From: Vermamoeba vermiformis
Lineage: Eukaryota
Length of the DNA stretch: 64,000 nt
Direction of reading: 5' to 3'
Assembly: GCA_045837725.1 (NCBI GenBank)
Contig: JBEWZL010000244.1
Span: forward strand, 310,001 to 374,000
Positions 23,311-36,531 of this stretch are shown piece after piece (within the stretch, counting starts at the first letter, position 1; each line of letters opens with the position of its first letter). The notes beneath the pieces were generated by a model. It was given only the letters and a program-made list of their open reading frames with translations, did no database searches and was not told the origin of the DNA. The position numbers were made by a program, and so were the translations under genes.

Positions 23311-25890
23311 CTACAGGTCTTCGTTCATGACGGAAGCATTTGTCGCACTTTGTTTCTTATTCGCAATGCTCAATTTGCCATTAATTTTTTCGTCGTATCT
23401 ACATCAATATTAAATAAAAAAGATAATGCATAGGAATATATGATACGTACTTAATAATTTCTTCAGGTATTTTTAGCTGATCTGCGCCAAAAAGATTGTA
23501 GAGATCGAGTAACTTGTCCATGTAGATCACTTTATCGAACACTTTTGACTTTGAGGCGAATATTGAAGATACGCCTTCAACAACTTTGAGCCAGAACGTC
23601 GGGTGCAATACGAAGAACGTCTTCAGCCATTGACCGTATCTATTGATTAAAAGTTAGAATTTGCAAAAGTTGCGATCGGACACGGATCTCAAAAAATCAA
23701 AATATTCTAAACTTACGCTTCGTTCATAATTCTATATAGCCTCTTAACCCAAGAGAAGCTTGGTTTTGATCGTCCACTCATATTCGAATGAATATAAATG
23801 ATGTGATATTCCGTCGCGTTGGATCCACCAGCGAGCTGTTCCATAGTCTTGACAATATATAAAAATACATTTTCCATCTCAGTTTCCACGAGCGGCATGT
23901 TCTGCGCTACGAATATGAGAATAGGACGGCCAGTGCTGTCGGTGCCTGAATGGTAAAACACTCCGAGCTTCGCGTAGGCACTCAGATCCGTGTGCATTGC
24001 TTTGTATACATACGTCTAAATAAAATATTAATAGGAGTACTTAGGTTAGCATATTATTGTGGACTATAACTCTAATAGTCTAATTCAATTGTGCATCCGA
24101 CGTACCTGATGTTGTCGCCTGATCTCTTCTTCTTTGGTGCTTATTTTAGTATTCTGTAATCGTTTCTTCAATTCCTCGTCTTTATCGCTGTTATGTAATA
24201 TTATGCGTATTAATATTGATCGGTCGGCTATGTAGTAAAGAGTTTGGGTACGTACGCTTCCATTCTCGTTAATAATCCTTTAACATCTTCGCGATTGGAT
24301 TCTATTTCAACTACGGACTCATCTATAAGAAAAAAGCACTTAGTAACTTATTCTTCGAGGAACTAAATTTTGTAACGGATCTGCCTTGTGTTTGTCGAGG
24401 TTCTGTAAGACTTACTAAAGCTGCTAGGGAATGCACTAATTCTAATCTTTCGTTCTTCGATGACTGTTTCTCCGATTTCATTGCCTACATTGATTAAATG
24501 AGGTCAGATCTAGCATCTCCAGTAACAGGCCGTATTTTATGATCATACCTGTGTCAGCGGGCAGTTTTGAGATGGCTTCTACTTCTTCTTGTTTACTTCT
24601 CGGAAAATATTGCGGCAAAAGCTCGCGATAGAGAACTAGATCCACATCCGAAGTGACGCAGAAAATAATTTGGTCTAAACCAGCTCCAAATTTCTCTAAA
24701 AATCGTCGAACAGTTCCTATGTATGGCATTAGTGGCTAGAAAGGCATCTATAGTTATTTGAACGTACTGATTGCGATATGAGCTCCAAGGCGCGAAGGAA
24801 ATCCTCTCTTTTCTGTAATAACAACACTCAAGGCTACTGTCTTCAAACTGTTCTCTTTCGCGAGTTGCAATGCATTTCTAAATTAAAAAGAATGAATTAC
24901 AAATAAGTACAAAAGACCGAGTAACGAAGCTTACCTATAGCAATTGTGCAGCGCGTTTTCAGCAGCAGTTTGATACTTTTCGTTAAATCGAGGTCCTACA
25001 GTATGAATAATGAACCTAAAATAGTGGATTAGTAGTTGCAACTGTAAACGGGATCCTGAGAATTGAATTTGCCGTTACACGAAATTGAAACGTACGATAT
25101 TCAAGGCAATATCGCATATTAAAGTTATTACTATTATACTCATATGAAATAGATGTTTAAGAGTGTACTGTTCACGGTACTTACTTGGCTGGCAGCAGAT
25201 GTCCTTTGGTCAGTCGAACTTCGCCAGTTTTGCACGGATCTAATCCTGCGACTTCTGTTTTTAATGCAGGTCCCGCTCGTGCGATAATTTCACCTGAGAT
25301 TCCTGCTGTCTCCGTCATGGATTCGTTGGTTGTATTTACAATGACATCCGCGTCGAGTGACCAGATATTTCCGTTCCTATAATGAGCATTAAATAAAGAT
25401 TAGACGTAGTCGGTCAAATTGTACGATTTGATATGCATATTAAAGATTAACCGTTGAAAAATCAATCGAAATGTCCTTGCAATTCGTTTTGGATCGAGCT
25501 CGAGTGTCAGAAATAATTACACAAGAGGATATTTTATACGAATTGCTATACTTATAATGTATATTTTTAGGTTGAAAATTAGTGGTCCTAAACAATGGAA
25601 CTTGATCAAATCCAAAAAATAATGTATACTATTAATAACAGTCCGTATAGTTAAACTTACCATAGACATATTTTTTTATTAATTTCTGGCTCGTAAGGGA
25701 ACTTGGATTCCAAGGACTGATCTGAACCATTTAAAATTGTTGTGCGATCGTCAACCCTGTCCAAAGTATCCTCCCAATTTTGGAATGTATTGACGTGTGT
25801 TATAATTATTTCGCTTGGCGTTGGGGTGCCATTAGGTTGCGCCGTTGATTTTTTCGATCCGCCAAGCGGATCCCAGCTCGTGCTTGCCAT
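23311..25890 (-). CDS. GDAP2: GDAP2-like protein (macro domain plus CRAL-TRIO/Sec14 domain)
   Basis: FPYEPEINKKICLW|NGNIWSLDADVIVNTTNES, FIIHTVGPRFNEKYQTAAENALHNCY, GAHIAI.TVRRFLEK and PQYFPRS. C-terminal Sec14 segments GTDSTGRPILIFVA and HPTFWLK. Stop at 23311. Confidence 0.93.
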
Positions 25891-26524
25891 TATTTAAATT
25901 TGTTAATGTTAAGCTCGCGTGGTGCTAGCACAATTATATTCACAATATATACAGCGAACTGCGTAAGTTGGGATCTCCTAAAAGACCCAAAAAAATCTAT
26001 TTTTAAAAGCTCCGCCTGAACATCGCCAACAATAACCAAAAAATGAATATTAGCTTTGTAATTCAAATTGCTGGCGACGTGATTACAAGGGAACCGCGCA
26101 AAAGCACCCAAGATCCGCTTCGGATTCTCCTACCTACATACCAGGTTTTTTAAAGAGGTATGAGCGTTTAATAAATTACTAATATTAAATATTTATCAAC
26201 CTTTAAACAAAGTAATTTTTTGATTGGGTTAAAGATCTAAAATCCAATTAGCAGTATCGATGAAATTGATACGAAAATGATTTTATCTGGCCTTTTAAGG
26301 TTGCGTCGATAATGAACTTTGAATGTTCGTGGCAAGGCTCTCAATGCTTGTTCGAACAAAAGTCAAAACCTAGGCGCACAGCAATTCCATGCTCTCCATT
26401 ATTGCTATCGAAGAGCGAACGATTCAAAGGGTTGTAGTTTTGTCGTGTTGCAAATAATAGGGGTTGTGTTCGTTCGAATTCGGACTTACTCAATTTTGCA
26501 TCGAGAACGTACACACGTGCACAA

Positions 26525-27521
26525 ATGAGTCGCAAAGATAAATGGGCAGAAGAACCTTGGTTTGAGTAAGTAAACATTTCGTGTAACTAGCGGTTGCTAA
26601 TTTTGATTTAGTCGCTGTCGGGGACAGATCGGTAAAGAGATCTTCGAAAAATATTTACGCCTAACGTAGTTTAAATAGAAAAAATCAAAGAAAACTACAG
26701 GACTGATGCAGAGGAGCTTATTTGGGATAGTCTTACAGGCGACTGGCAATGCGATTATTTGAGGAGAGATAAGGAATGCAATCTATTGCAATTCTCTGTA
26801 ACCCGAAGTAAGCATGGATTAAATATTGCAAAATTATTATAACCTTATTTTAGGCGTTATGATTTGTGCCTTCAAGGAGCCGCTGTGTTGCCGGCGATAC
26901 TTTGCAGAATTTTGCGCAACCTTTTTTGCGGACACAAATTACCTATTTTTCGAACGAGTCAAAATTGATATGTACGGCGTACTCGATAGCCAGATCAAGA
27001 CAAATGCAAAGTTTAAATCAAGTTACGTTATGGACTGTGAGCTCAGCAATTTTGAAAACAATTTATTGGTTGTTGCAGAGATCACGCTGAGTTCGCTGCG
27101 TCCTGATGAAACAGCGCTCGCTGATTGGTTGGATCAAGTCACGCGCACCAATTCTTTCGAATGTGCCGGACGCTATTCTCCACTGAAGATGTTGGTGAAA
27201 AAATTGATGAAGTTAGAGACTATACTGGCAATGCTCGTTCAAAAGTACACTCACGCCGAGCAATCCGCCGACCAGATGTTGCGCGGGGTCGTGGTTCATC
27301 TCGCCTCTCCCCGGCCCCCCACGAGCAACATGTTGGATAAAATTCTTCGCGTGAACGAAAAGACGAGGGAGCTATTTAGCTATTTGCGCTTCTTATATGA
27401 CGCGGGCCATTTTTGTGTTGTCCAGGCCTCCGTAACGCGTCCTAAATTGGGGTACTCCGTGCCTAAACCGTTTTCGATTACTGTAGCTCAGATAGTAAAA
27501 TATCCCTGGATATTCAAATAA
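26525..27521 (+). CDS. Hypothetical protein (4 exons)
   Basis: MSRKDKWAEEPWFD|RCRGQI|EKIKENYRTDAEELIW...|SVMICAF... joins in frame through three GT-AG introns into ORF 26826..27521. No domain recognised. Confidence 0.55.
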
Positions 27522-27551
27522 AATTTTATTCGACCATGGACTTAACGAGGA

Positions 27552-29647
27552 ATGAAGCCTCATAAATACTCAACAGCTTTGTGCACGTTATTAATTTTCA
27601 GCCATTTAGTTTTTGGTGCTGTTGGTAGCGAGCCGTCAAATCCAGCAAGTTCCAAAACGTAAGTAACCCAAAAAATTGATTAAAATAATAACCTAAAATT
27701 CTACTAGTGAAAGATATTTTGCTGCCTTCGAAAAGTGGGCTCGTAATAATGGGATCTTCGTTAATAAAGTAAGTTATAATTTCTACTAATGACATTCACT
27801 GATTCCAACCATAGAAAATTATCATAATAATAATATGCATTTTTTTCGCGTAAATAAGCAGCGAAAAATCAATAAGCCTCGGTAATTTTAAGTTCCGCAT
27901 ATCTTTCATGAATGCTCGATCCAGTACGTTCCTTCCGCCAACTTACTATGCAAATAGGTGCGTATATCACCCGAGTTTCGCGGAATAGTGGCCACAGAAC
28001 GCATTCGCAAAGGAGATCTGCTCGTCGCGGTGCCTTCCAAGTTGTTCGTGAACACAGAGACCTTGCCGTTCCATCATAATCAATTTGAAACTACGGCATT
28101 GGCTGAATTAGTTAACAAAGCATTATCAAGTTACAACAAGCGCCCATTACCGAACTTTAGCTCGAGGTACGTGCGACCAATCAAAATTTGTTTTATGTTA
28201 TTAACAAGCTATTAAAAGAGCTGTAGCTTGCGCAATATGGCTAATGTATCAAAAGAATGGGTTTAGGTAAGGCTGTATAATTAAAATGTCCAACGTTACT
28301 CATAACCGGATCCAGTTCGAAGTGGGATCCTTGGATCCGAGTTCTGCCAACTGAATTCGATACGCCGCTAATGTTAGAGCGTAAGATATTATATTATCAA
28401 TACGGGTCCATTAATTAGCATTATAGCAATGGACTTGGAGCTGTTAGAAGGCAGTACTTTATTGGAACTCAGCCAAAATATAAGGTACGGTAATATACTA
28501 GTAGTAGCAATAGTATATTGATATAAATCTATTATAACGCATAGAACTGAGGCCGAAGAGATGTTCGACACTATTGACCGGAAGTTGTTTCGTGATCAGA
28601 GATACGTCTTTCCAGAGGACAAATTTACATTGGAAGAGTTCTCGTGGGCATTCACTACCTATAGGTATACTAAAGCCGAGGCCTTTAATACGTGCGTAAC
28701 GACTTATAGTGTGTCGATTCATTAGGACGCGTGCATTCAGTGTTGGAATGGTGCCCTACGCAGACTTTTTCAATCACGATCCAACCATGAAAGATAGCAA
28801 TTACTATTACGATAAGGTCGATGATATGTTCAAAGTGCTGGCAAGCAAAGATTACAATGTTGGCGATGAAGTTATGATCACTTATTTAGGGGTAAGTGCT
28901 CGATCCACAATAATGAATTCACACCTTTTTGTTGACGATCGAAATTTGCAGGGTGGATTCGGCTTGTCAAATACTGGCTTATTTTACTATTATGGATTCG
29001 TTGTGCCTCATGTTGCTGAAGATTCAGTGACGATGTTTTATAGGCCTCAACTTCGAAGTGGCGTTACAGATCTGAACGTCAAGCGACAAATCTACATTAA
29101 CGCTATGAAACTAAATCGCGACAAAGTATATTTATCGACAAACAACGAATTTGACCCGCGATTGCTGTTCGTTCTAAGGTGAACCTTTTGTTTGACACGT
29201 CAACAACTTACACTAAAAGTTTATCAATTATAGGCTGATACATCATCCCAATGCTAGTACAATTGATAGTTTATATAATTTGACACCTTACAAGTGTCCT
29301 GTGAAGGATTCAATGCCCGTCAATGCACGCATGGACTTGCTACTTGAGATCGATCGATTGATGGAACAAAAGCTCAGCGAGTACCCTGATGACCCTGAGC
29401 CTATTCAAGATGACGACTATAATCGTGTGAAGATATTGAAATACATCGTAGAGTAAGTCTAATGAAAATTTTGACGTCAAAAGTTAACATTAAAACGTGA
29501 TCCAGATCCGAAAAAGAAGTACTCCAGTCAATCAGATACAACGTGCGTAGATTTATTCAACATTATTACGAGCATAGATTTGAAGATTTAGATGTCTTAT
29601 GGAAGCTAGAAGAGTTGAATAAGTTCGGATATTGTCCGCGGCGATAA
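27552..29647 (+). CDS. SET-domain lysine methyltransferase (Rubisco LSMT/SETD3-like) with signal-peptide-like N-terminus
   Basis: FEKWARNNGI, RGIVATERIRKGDLLVAVP, TRAFS, MVPYADFFNH and EVMITY...SNTGLFYYYGF. First exon MKPHKYSTALCTLLIFSHLVFGAVGS. Confidence 0.88.
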
Positions 29648-29672
29648 TGGCCATTGTATTTGTAAAAGAAAA

Positions 29673-30896
29673 TTACAGTTTTAATTTCGGAGAAATTTGT
29701 TCTACAACATGTTGCGAATATCCTACGACAAAGGCGTGCGTTACTTTCTTCTCGGCTAACAATACATCGGCTGAACGGAATGTCGTTAGTTAGAGGTACG
29801 ATAAAATAGGATATAGATTAATCATACCATTGGGATAATCGCGTTTCAATTCATCGACAAAGTGCAGCGGTGTATATTTGTCGATTTGACTGTACAAAAA
29901 CAGAATTTTATCCAGATCTTGCTCAAAGCACGATTTGCAATCGTCATCAACGGCAATTACTTCTTGTGCTTCACAATATGCCATATATAGACAGTTTAGT
30001 ACCACGTGATAGCTACAAGTGAACGATTAGAGTTTTTCTAAAAAAGGAAATTTCATTACGTACTTGGCTTTTTGCTGCAGAATATTAATGACGGGTCTGC
30101 TGACGTCAGAATCGAGTACTGTCTTCGCCAATCGAATCATTAAGGCTGTTGGTGCATAATGAGCGACCGTGGATAAAGTTTGTCTGAATCCAGGTCGAAT
30201 GGCAACCTTGATCAAGGGCGCTAATCCATCATACAGGTTTCTGAACGTTGGCATCAATAAAACTGTTTGCTTGACATCGAATTTTCCTTTGGTGTTCTTC
30301 AGAATCTATCAAACTCGATGAGTAAAATATTTTAGATCAGATCGGGTCTGAAATTAATTTTACCTTTAATGTGATGTAACCACCGATAGAATGACCCATG
30401 ACTACGAAAGACGGTGTTGTTTTTTCACCCGCACAATCGGCAGATAACAGTTCGTATTCTTTGTTGTCGTGTAATAGCTGCATCCAATCATATTTATGCT
30501 GAATCTGCTCTTGTAATGAAAATAGCTTGGATTCGTTTTTGCCAGGAGCACCTTGTCCAGCATGGCCCGCTAAGCATAGGTAAGCAACGAATTTGAATGC
30601 CTTTTATTGTTTGCAAACATACCAATCAATACTGAGTGCTTTTGCCCGAATTTTTCAAACAATAAATCCACAAAATCTACGTAAAAATCGACTATGCCAG
30701 GATTACCTATAGTTTTACAATTAATATTTGAATTTTAGTAACGAATTAATTGTTCAGATCCGAAGATCCGCGTTGGGAATACTAAATATACCGTACCTGG
30801 GACTATAACAATCTTCAATGGATTATATTTAGCAGGAATACGAGCGTATACTTCGGTATGAATCCCTGATACGTCAATAACTTTAATGTTCTCCAT
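29673..30896 (-). CDS. LDAH: Lipid droplet-associated serine hydrolase (LDAH/DUF2305 family)
   Basis: IVPG|NPGIVDFYVDF, LAGHAG, FSLQEQIQHK, nucleophile motif GHSIGGY, LMPTF, SQIDKYTP and HAF (putative Ser-Asp-His triad). Confidence 0.88.
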
Positions 30897-31073
30897 CCGT
30901 CGTTTGTTGGCACTGAAACTCGTCTACTTGGACTTCAAATAATAATTAAATATGCAATACTAATAGTATTACTAGAGAATAGGCCCAATTGCGCCGTGGT
31001 ATTTTGGGCGATCGTTGAAAAAAATTCAACGTCGAAAAGGTTCGAAGTCTTTAAAATTTGATTATTATTTTGA

Positions 31074-33371
31074 ATGGAACACAATACTGCCCCTATTGAC
31101 TTCGAGCTACTGCCGCCCGAAATACTTTTACACGTCATTAGTAGTGTAAAGGCTGTCGATCTTCTCAACTTCGAGCTCGTTTGTAAATCCTGGCGAAGCC
31201 TGTTCCAAAATAATGAAGTATTGTGGAAGGTAAGTAATATCAAATATTATTGTACGTCACTAATCGCGCGATTCAGGGCGTTGCACGACGAGAATTCGAT
31301 CTGAATCCAACTCACAAAGACGTCGTAAAACAAGCCAAAAAATTCGCAAAAATTAACCATAATATCCGCAATTGCAGGTAATATTATCTGGAAATGCATA
31401 GCAAACGCAATACAGCGTAAATTAAATTTCATTTTTTTCAGATGCGTTTGTACTGTCTTAGCAGTCTCGACAATGGTTCAGTACAAGAATTTCTATCTCG
31501 GATATTGTTCGTTCAACGACAAATCAGTTGCCGTAAACTGGATCCAAAAGCGGGGCTCTGGGTAATATTAGTTTTGTCTGCACATTAATTATGTATTCAT
31601 AATTTCAACTTAGATCCGGAGAATTCGACTACAGTGCACATGCAGCACTAATTGACTTGAAATCGAGAACGGTCACAGTACGAGCAACCAAAATTTCTGC
31701 TTGATCCAAAGACTAACAAATTTACTTTTTTTTACAGATCGTTCACCCGAATTCAGACTCTAATATAGTGTTTTACGGACCACATCTTACTCAAATGGTA
31801 CTCGAAAAGCCATAAATCCACGATTTAACGTTTTTATCAGGCGTGGAACGGCTATCACGTGACCATCAGTTATTCCGCGACAAAACACGCAGAAATTACC
31901 TCGAAAAATCAAGTTGTCGCTGGTGCAGATATCCGTAAGTGAAAATTGCCAATAAAGCCTTTATGATAAAATTGAAATTTACTTTAACTGTTTTAACAAC
32001 TTTATACTTTTACTTTGTAGAGTCCGCCCAAGAAATGATCCAAAACGAAGATTTGACATTGCAACACTTAATAGCACTCCCTAAATTAGACACGCCGTAT
32101 GTACTATACTATAATTGTACGAAGCCATCATTAGAATTAATTCTTGCGCAGAGTTAACGCCAAGGATTCCGTGCAGTTTGATCTGAAGATTGCAATCTAC
32201 GACCTCGAAAACAGAAAATATCGTTGTGAGATTAAGCTCGACAAATTTGCGACCAGAGCTTATTATTACTTGATGAAATCATGTGTTGTTTTTACCGGCG
32301 ACAAGATTTACGCTCTGCAGCATGAAACGACCAAGAAATTGATCGAAATTGACATTAACAAGACTCACGAACACAAAGAGAGCGATATGGGCTCAGTGCC
32401 CGACAAAGCAGTGCTGACAGGTGTCACTGAGTCCTTTGTTTTTGGCACCGCGACGACAACTCTCGTGTGGTGCTACAACAAGAACACGAAGACAGTCGCT
32501 ACGTACCACTGTTCCAGGGACATCAATGTCTTTGACGTCAAGTGGTACTGCGGCACGTTGATGGCATTCGAGAGCTATGCAATCGTGTTTTTAGACCCGT
32601 ACTCTACTGGCCCCGAATTGCAGGTGATTGCCACACTTGCCACCGACAAGATTGGCAATGTGCAGTCCAGAATTGTACGTACCGGACAATCGCTAATGCT
32701 GCATTACTAATTATATTTGTGATTAGTACGAGGACGGCAAGGTTATTTTGTCATCGTTTTATAATTCCGTGAAAATGTTGGACTTTTTGCATGCCAATGA
32801 CGATGTGCAGCTGTTGGCTGTCACTGGTGACACGAAAGACGATATGGTACGCATTGTATTACATATATTCTTTCAATATTGATTATTATTGATATAATTA
32901 TGTTGATAGACTCTTCACAACATTAAGGCGTATCAATTGACTGAAAAACTGACGCAAATACTGGGCACGAGAGGCTTCATGTCTCGCTACTTTGCCGAAG
33001 GTGGCACTGAAAGGTACCAATCAAATATGATTCGGAAAATGAAATTTCAACGCAGTGACTAACCAAAGCGTAGATACGGCATAATTTTCACTAAAGAAAA
33101 AACTGGTCCCAAATTGCCGATCAATGTAAAGCAGTTAGATCGCGATCCGGAATACAACTCACCGTACTTTGCAATGGACATGAGACCTGCAAACACTGTC
33201 ATGTTCGGTAATACGCCTCACGTAGTGCCCAAGACACTGCCTTCTATCCACCAAGTCGCGGTACTGTTCTACGAGCGATTTGACGGCGAGAACTGGCGAT
33301 TGAGCAAGCGCGAGGACTGGACTGAAGCATTGGAACTGCTCTTCAGCACCTCCAAATGTCTCGTGCAATAA
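31074..33371 (+). CDS. F-box protein (N-terminal F-box, beta-rich C-terminal region)
   Basis: FELLPPEILLHVISSVKAVDLLNFELVCKSWRSLFQNNEVLWK. Multi-exon; internal exons were not all frame-checked. Confidence 0.78.
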
Positions 33372-33638
33372 TATTTATGTATTTTATTATAACCAATGTA
33401 TTTTAAAGCATGCGAAGTACTTTTGTTGCCGTGCTTTGTTTGAGTTGCAGATTTTTTGAATCAGAAAATTGAGTTGAAATGGAGGAACGCAACGCACCGT
33501 TTGCTGGTTTCAACCTATTACCTTATGAAATACTGTCGTTTACAGAGCCACGTGTCACAACTGCAAGTGGTACAGTGGATCCAAAACATTTAATGGTATT
33601 TTATGTATTATGTACAATTTGACAATTAGTGATCGTAG

Positions 33639-34953
33639 TTACAGCTTAATCTCGTATTTTCTTACAGTGTTGAATTTGACAGTTGATTCGAGCAATTTGA
33701 ACTGCAAATGAGGCAGTGAATTGACGCCGTGATTGGCGCGGACTTTGCTCGTTGATTTTTGCACGAATGTCAACTGAATAGGACGATTAGTATACAATAT
33801 TATAGGGGTATTAGTAATATTTACCTCGCCATCAATGTCTTTTGAATAGCCCGAAGCAAATCCATCAACTTTCATGATCAGATCTGCGCGGTATCGCAAC
33901 GACTGAATAAAATTTTCATCGCTTTCCGCATCACTGTGAGCCAGTATAATTACACACGATGGTGCCTATAATATAATTTAATACTTTGTTAGTCCATAAT
34001 GTAATGCTAAAGCATAATAAAATCGTTCAAAAAGTAGATCTGGCACGAGCCCAAAAAATAATAATTTTGTAACCTTATTACATCAAGACTATTTGTATTA
34101 GTATTATTAACAATACTATTATATTAATATTATAATCGTATTTAAGTCGTGTCACTTACAGTTCGGGCCTCCATGAGGGCAGTGCAATATTGAATAAAGT
34201 CGATCACTTGCAACATGTTGTCGCACGCGTTCAATAAGTAGTTAATATTGTCTATAATAAGGCACACTGATCCTTCTTTCGGTTGTCGGTCCATCCACTT
34301 CTTAACATTGTCAAATAATTTTTTGGTCGGATTTGCGTCAGATCCAGTACTGTTGAATGAAAAAACAGAGGCTTGACTTAACGACTGCGTAGTGGCTATA
34401 TTAGTAGGAGTCTCGAGTTCAGTCACGTGATCGGTCCAGTCGTACGGCGAGGTCAAGCCGTTCATGAATGAAAAGTTGCCTTTGCTGCCAGCTGCTTGTA
34501 AATTAACTCCCTATAAATTTTATGGTTACTATTGTATAAATAATTAATATTGGTAATTCCCTAGCGCGCCATATTTGTTACATAAAAGCCATCCGCCGAA
34601 AAAAAGCAAAAAATAATTTGTACAATATTTGTAATAATTGCTCTCATTACTTCTTTGGATATTTAGATTAATTTGTTGCGCAAATTAAAATTTAGAATAA
34701 TTTTTAATTAAATTCTGTAATTTTTCGCTGATCGAATTGTCCTTACCAGCTTACGAGCGACGAGAAAATAATGTGTTAATGTCTGTTCAAATCCTACTAA
34801 GCAAACACGTTGCTCAGCTTTGAGAAACATGTTCAAGAAGTGATGCAGCAGAAAACTTCCATCTGATCGAATCGAATCCTCAATTACTATCAATTTCTCC
34901 GAGGGTAGCTTAGCCTCAGACCAATTGAATACACTATTGAGGTCGCTGTACAT
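33639..34953 (-). CDS. ELP6: Elongator complex subunit 6
   Basis: LIVIEDSIRSDGSFLLHHFL, HYFLVARKL|GVNL, LIIDNINYLL and LRYRADLIMKVDGFASGYSKDIDGE. Confidence 0.9.
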
Positions 34954-35205
34954 ATTATTTGTTGTTTGTGCTTCAGATGTGTTGAATTGATCAGGTAAAT
35001 TGCATTTGCGACGCACCGCGAAAAACAACAAGGTACCTTTCAGTGCATGTTTAGTTGACACTTTCGACTACACTTTCTTAATCCAAAAAATAAATTTTAT
35101 TTATTTTATCTATAAAGCCAGGCATGCCTGGTTGCCTGTTCCTTACATTTAAGTAATTTACGGTAAAAGAGAAGTTAGAGGTTGAATCCGCAACTTCGAG
35201 ATACT

Positions 35206-35766
35206 TTAAGTGAATTGCGCTACTTCCGTCTCTCCTCGAAGTTGCCTGACCATGCCATCTCCATCCCATAAGCTATTATCGGAAACAATTCTTCCTGCAG
35301 AAAATTGTACTTAAAAACTGAATCCGAATGAATGGTGACGTACCCTCATTATCAAACTTCCATGTAGTAAATCCGGTCATCTCAACCCATTTTTGGTTTG
35401 GTTTTATTGGACCGAAATCTTTGACGAACTTTCCACGAACGTGCCACATTGCTGTCACTTCGTTTTGCGCAGGACCGTCCCAAAGAGCTTTCAACGATAC
35501 ACCAAAGGGGGAGAATACAGTTCTCCACGATTTCGCAAGTTGCATATAACCGGAGAGGTCCTTGACCGGAGGAATCTGATTCAGACGTCATTACGGCGAA
35601 TCTCGCAAAAGAAGGATCATATTTGTCGCCTTACCATTACGTGTTGAGCCTGAACATTCGGTGCGACTAGCTGCGAAAGAGTTTCAATAGGCTCAGTTCC
35701 ATTGTACACCTCAATGACCTTTAAGGCCGTTGCGTGATACTGGGCGTTCATCAGAGTAGTGTTCAT
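35206..35766 (-). CDS. SnoaL/NTF2-like (ester-cyclase-like) protein
   Basis: Three exons: ...SQLVAPNVQAQH|IPPVKDLSGYMQLAKSWRTVF...EVTAMWHVRGKFVKDFGPIKPNQKWVEMTGFTTWKFDNEG|RIVSDNSLWD...QFT*. Confidence 0.75.
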
Positions 35767-36531
35767 TAGTGTTGTTGACTTGTATACGATAAGTATACCA
35801 CTGACGCAAAATACTTTTCTTTTTATCTTATCCCCGATTTCAACGATAATGACCAACTTTAGAGTCGCAGATGAAATGGGTAAGGTTTTTTCGGCCAGAG
35901 ACGAATTATTATTGATTTTAGCCGGTTGTTATCCAGAATCCAAAAATATCTGTTAAATAATACATGAGATATTTTTAGAATTTTGTTTCTCTTTCAAGAA
36001 ATTTGACGCGCTTTTCGAGTTTGCGAAAATTACCGTTCTTTATTACATAAATGGTAATCGTCGCGTCGGATCACCGGCGACAGTCCTACAAATAAGATGA
36101 TTCCAAGTGCAATCATAATCATAAGAGAACTTACGATCTTACGCCTGAAAGTTCTGCGCAAACGTCCGTATCAAGTCAAATTTGGCTCGTCCGATGTAAT
36201 CTCTTGAGTGTTAGGTATTCGTTCTGTAAAATTCTGTAAAATCATCATAAGTGCTTGGGCAATGCCGCTGTTGACTTCCGAACTGATTCTTGTACGTTGT
36301 AAGCTAATCGCATTCAGAGTATCTGATCTGGGTGTATTACGCGGAAAGCTGCATCAGACGAATAGAAACGCATCCCTCTTCAAAGGTTCCCTTCAGCCTT
36401 CTTTCAGGGATTTGTTCTGTTCACTGGCGGACGACTGATTTAAACAAAGACGCTCTTTGCTGTTTGTCCCGGGCATTAATTAATATTTTGCATCATTGTA
36501 TTATATAACACATTAATAAGACAATTTGTCG

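Noticed and set aside
35118-35131. Palindrome CCAGGCATGCCTGG
   Set aside because: Single short occurrence with no related copies or supporting context.
36090-36150. Possible box C/D snoRNA (GATGATT...CTGA)
   Set aside because: The C box does not match RTGATGA, there is no terminal stem, and I recognised no guide complementarity.
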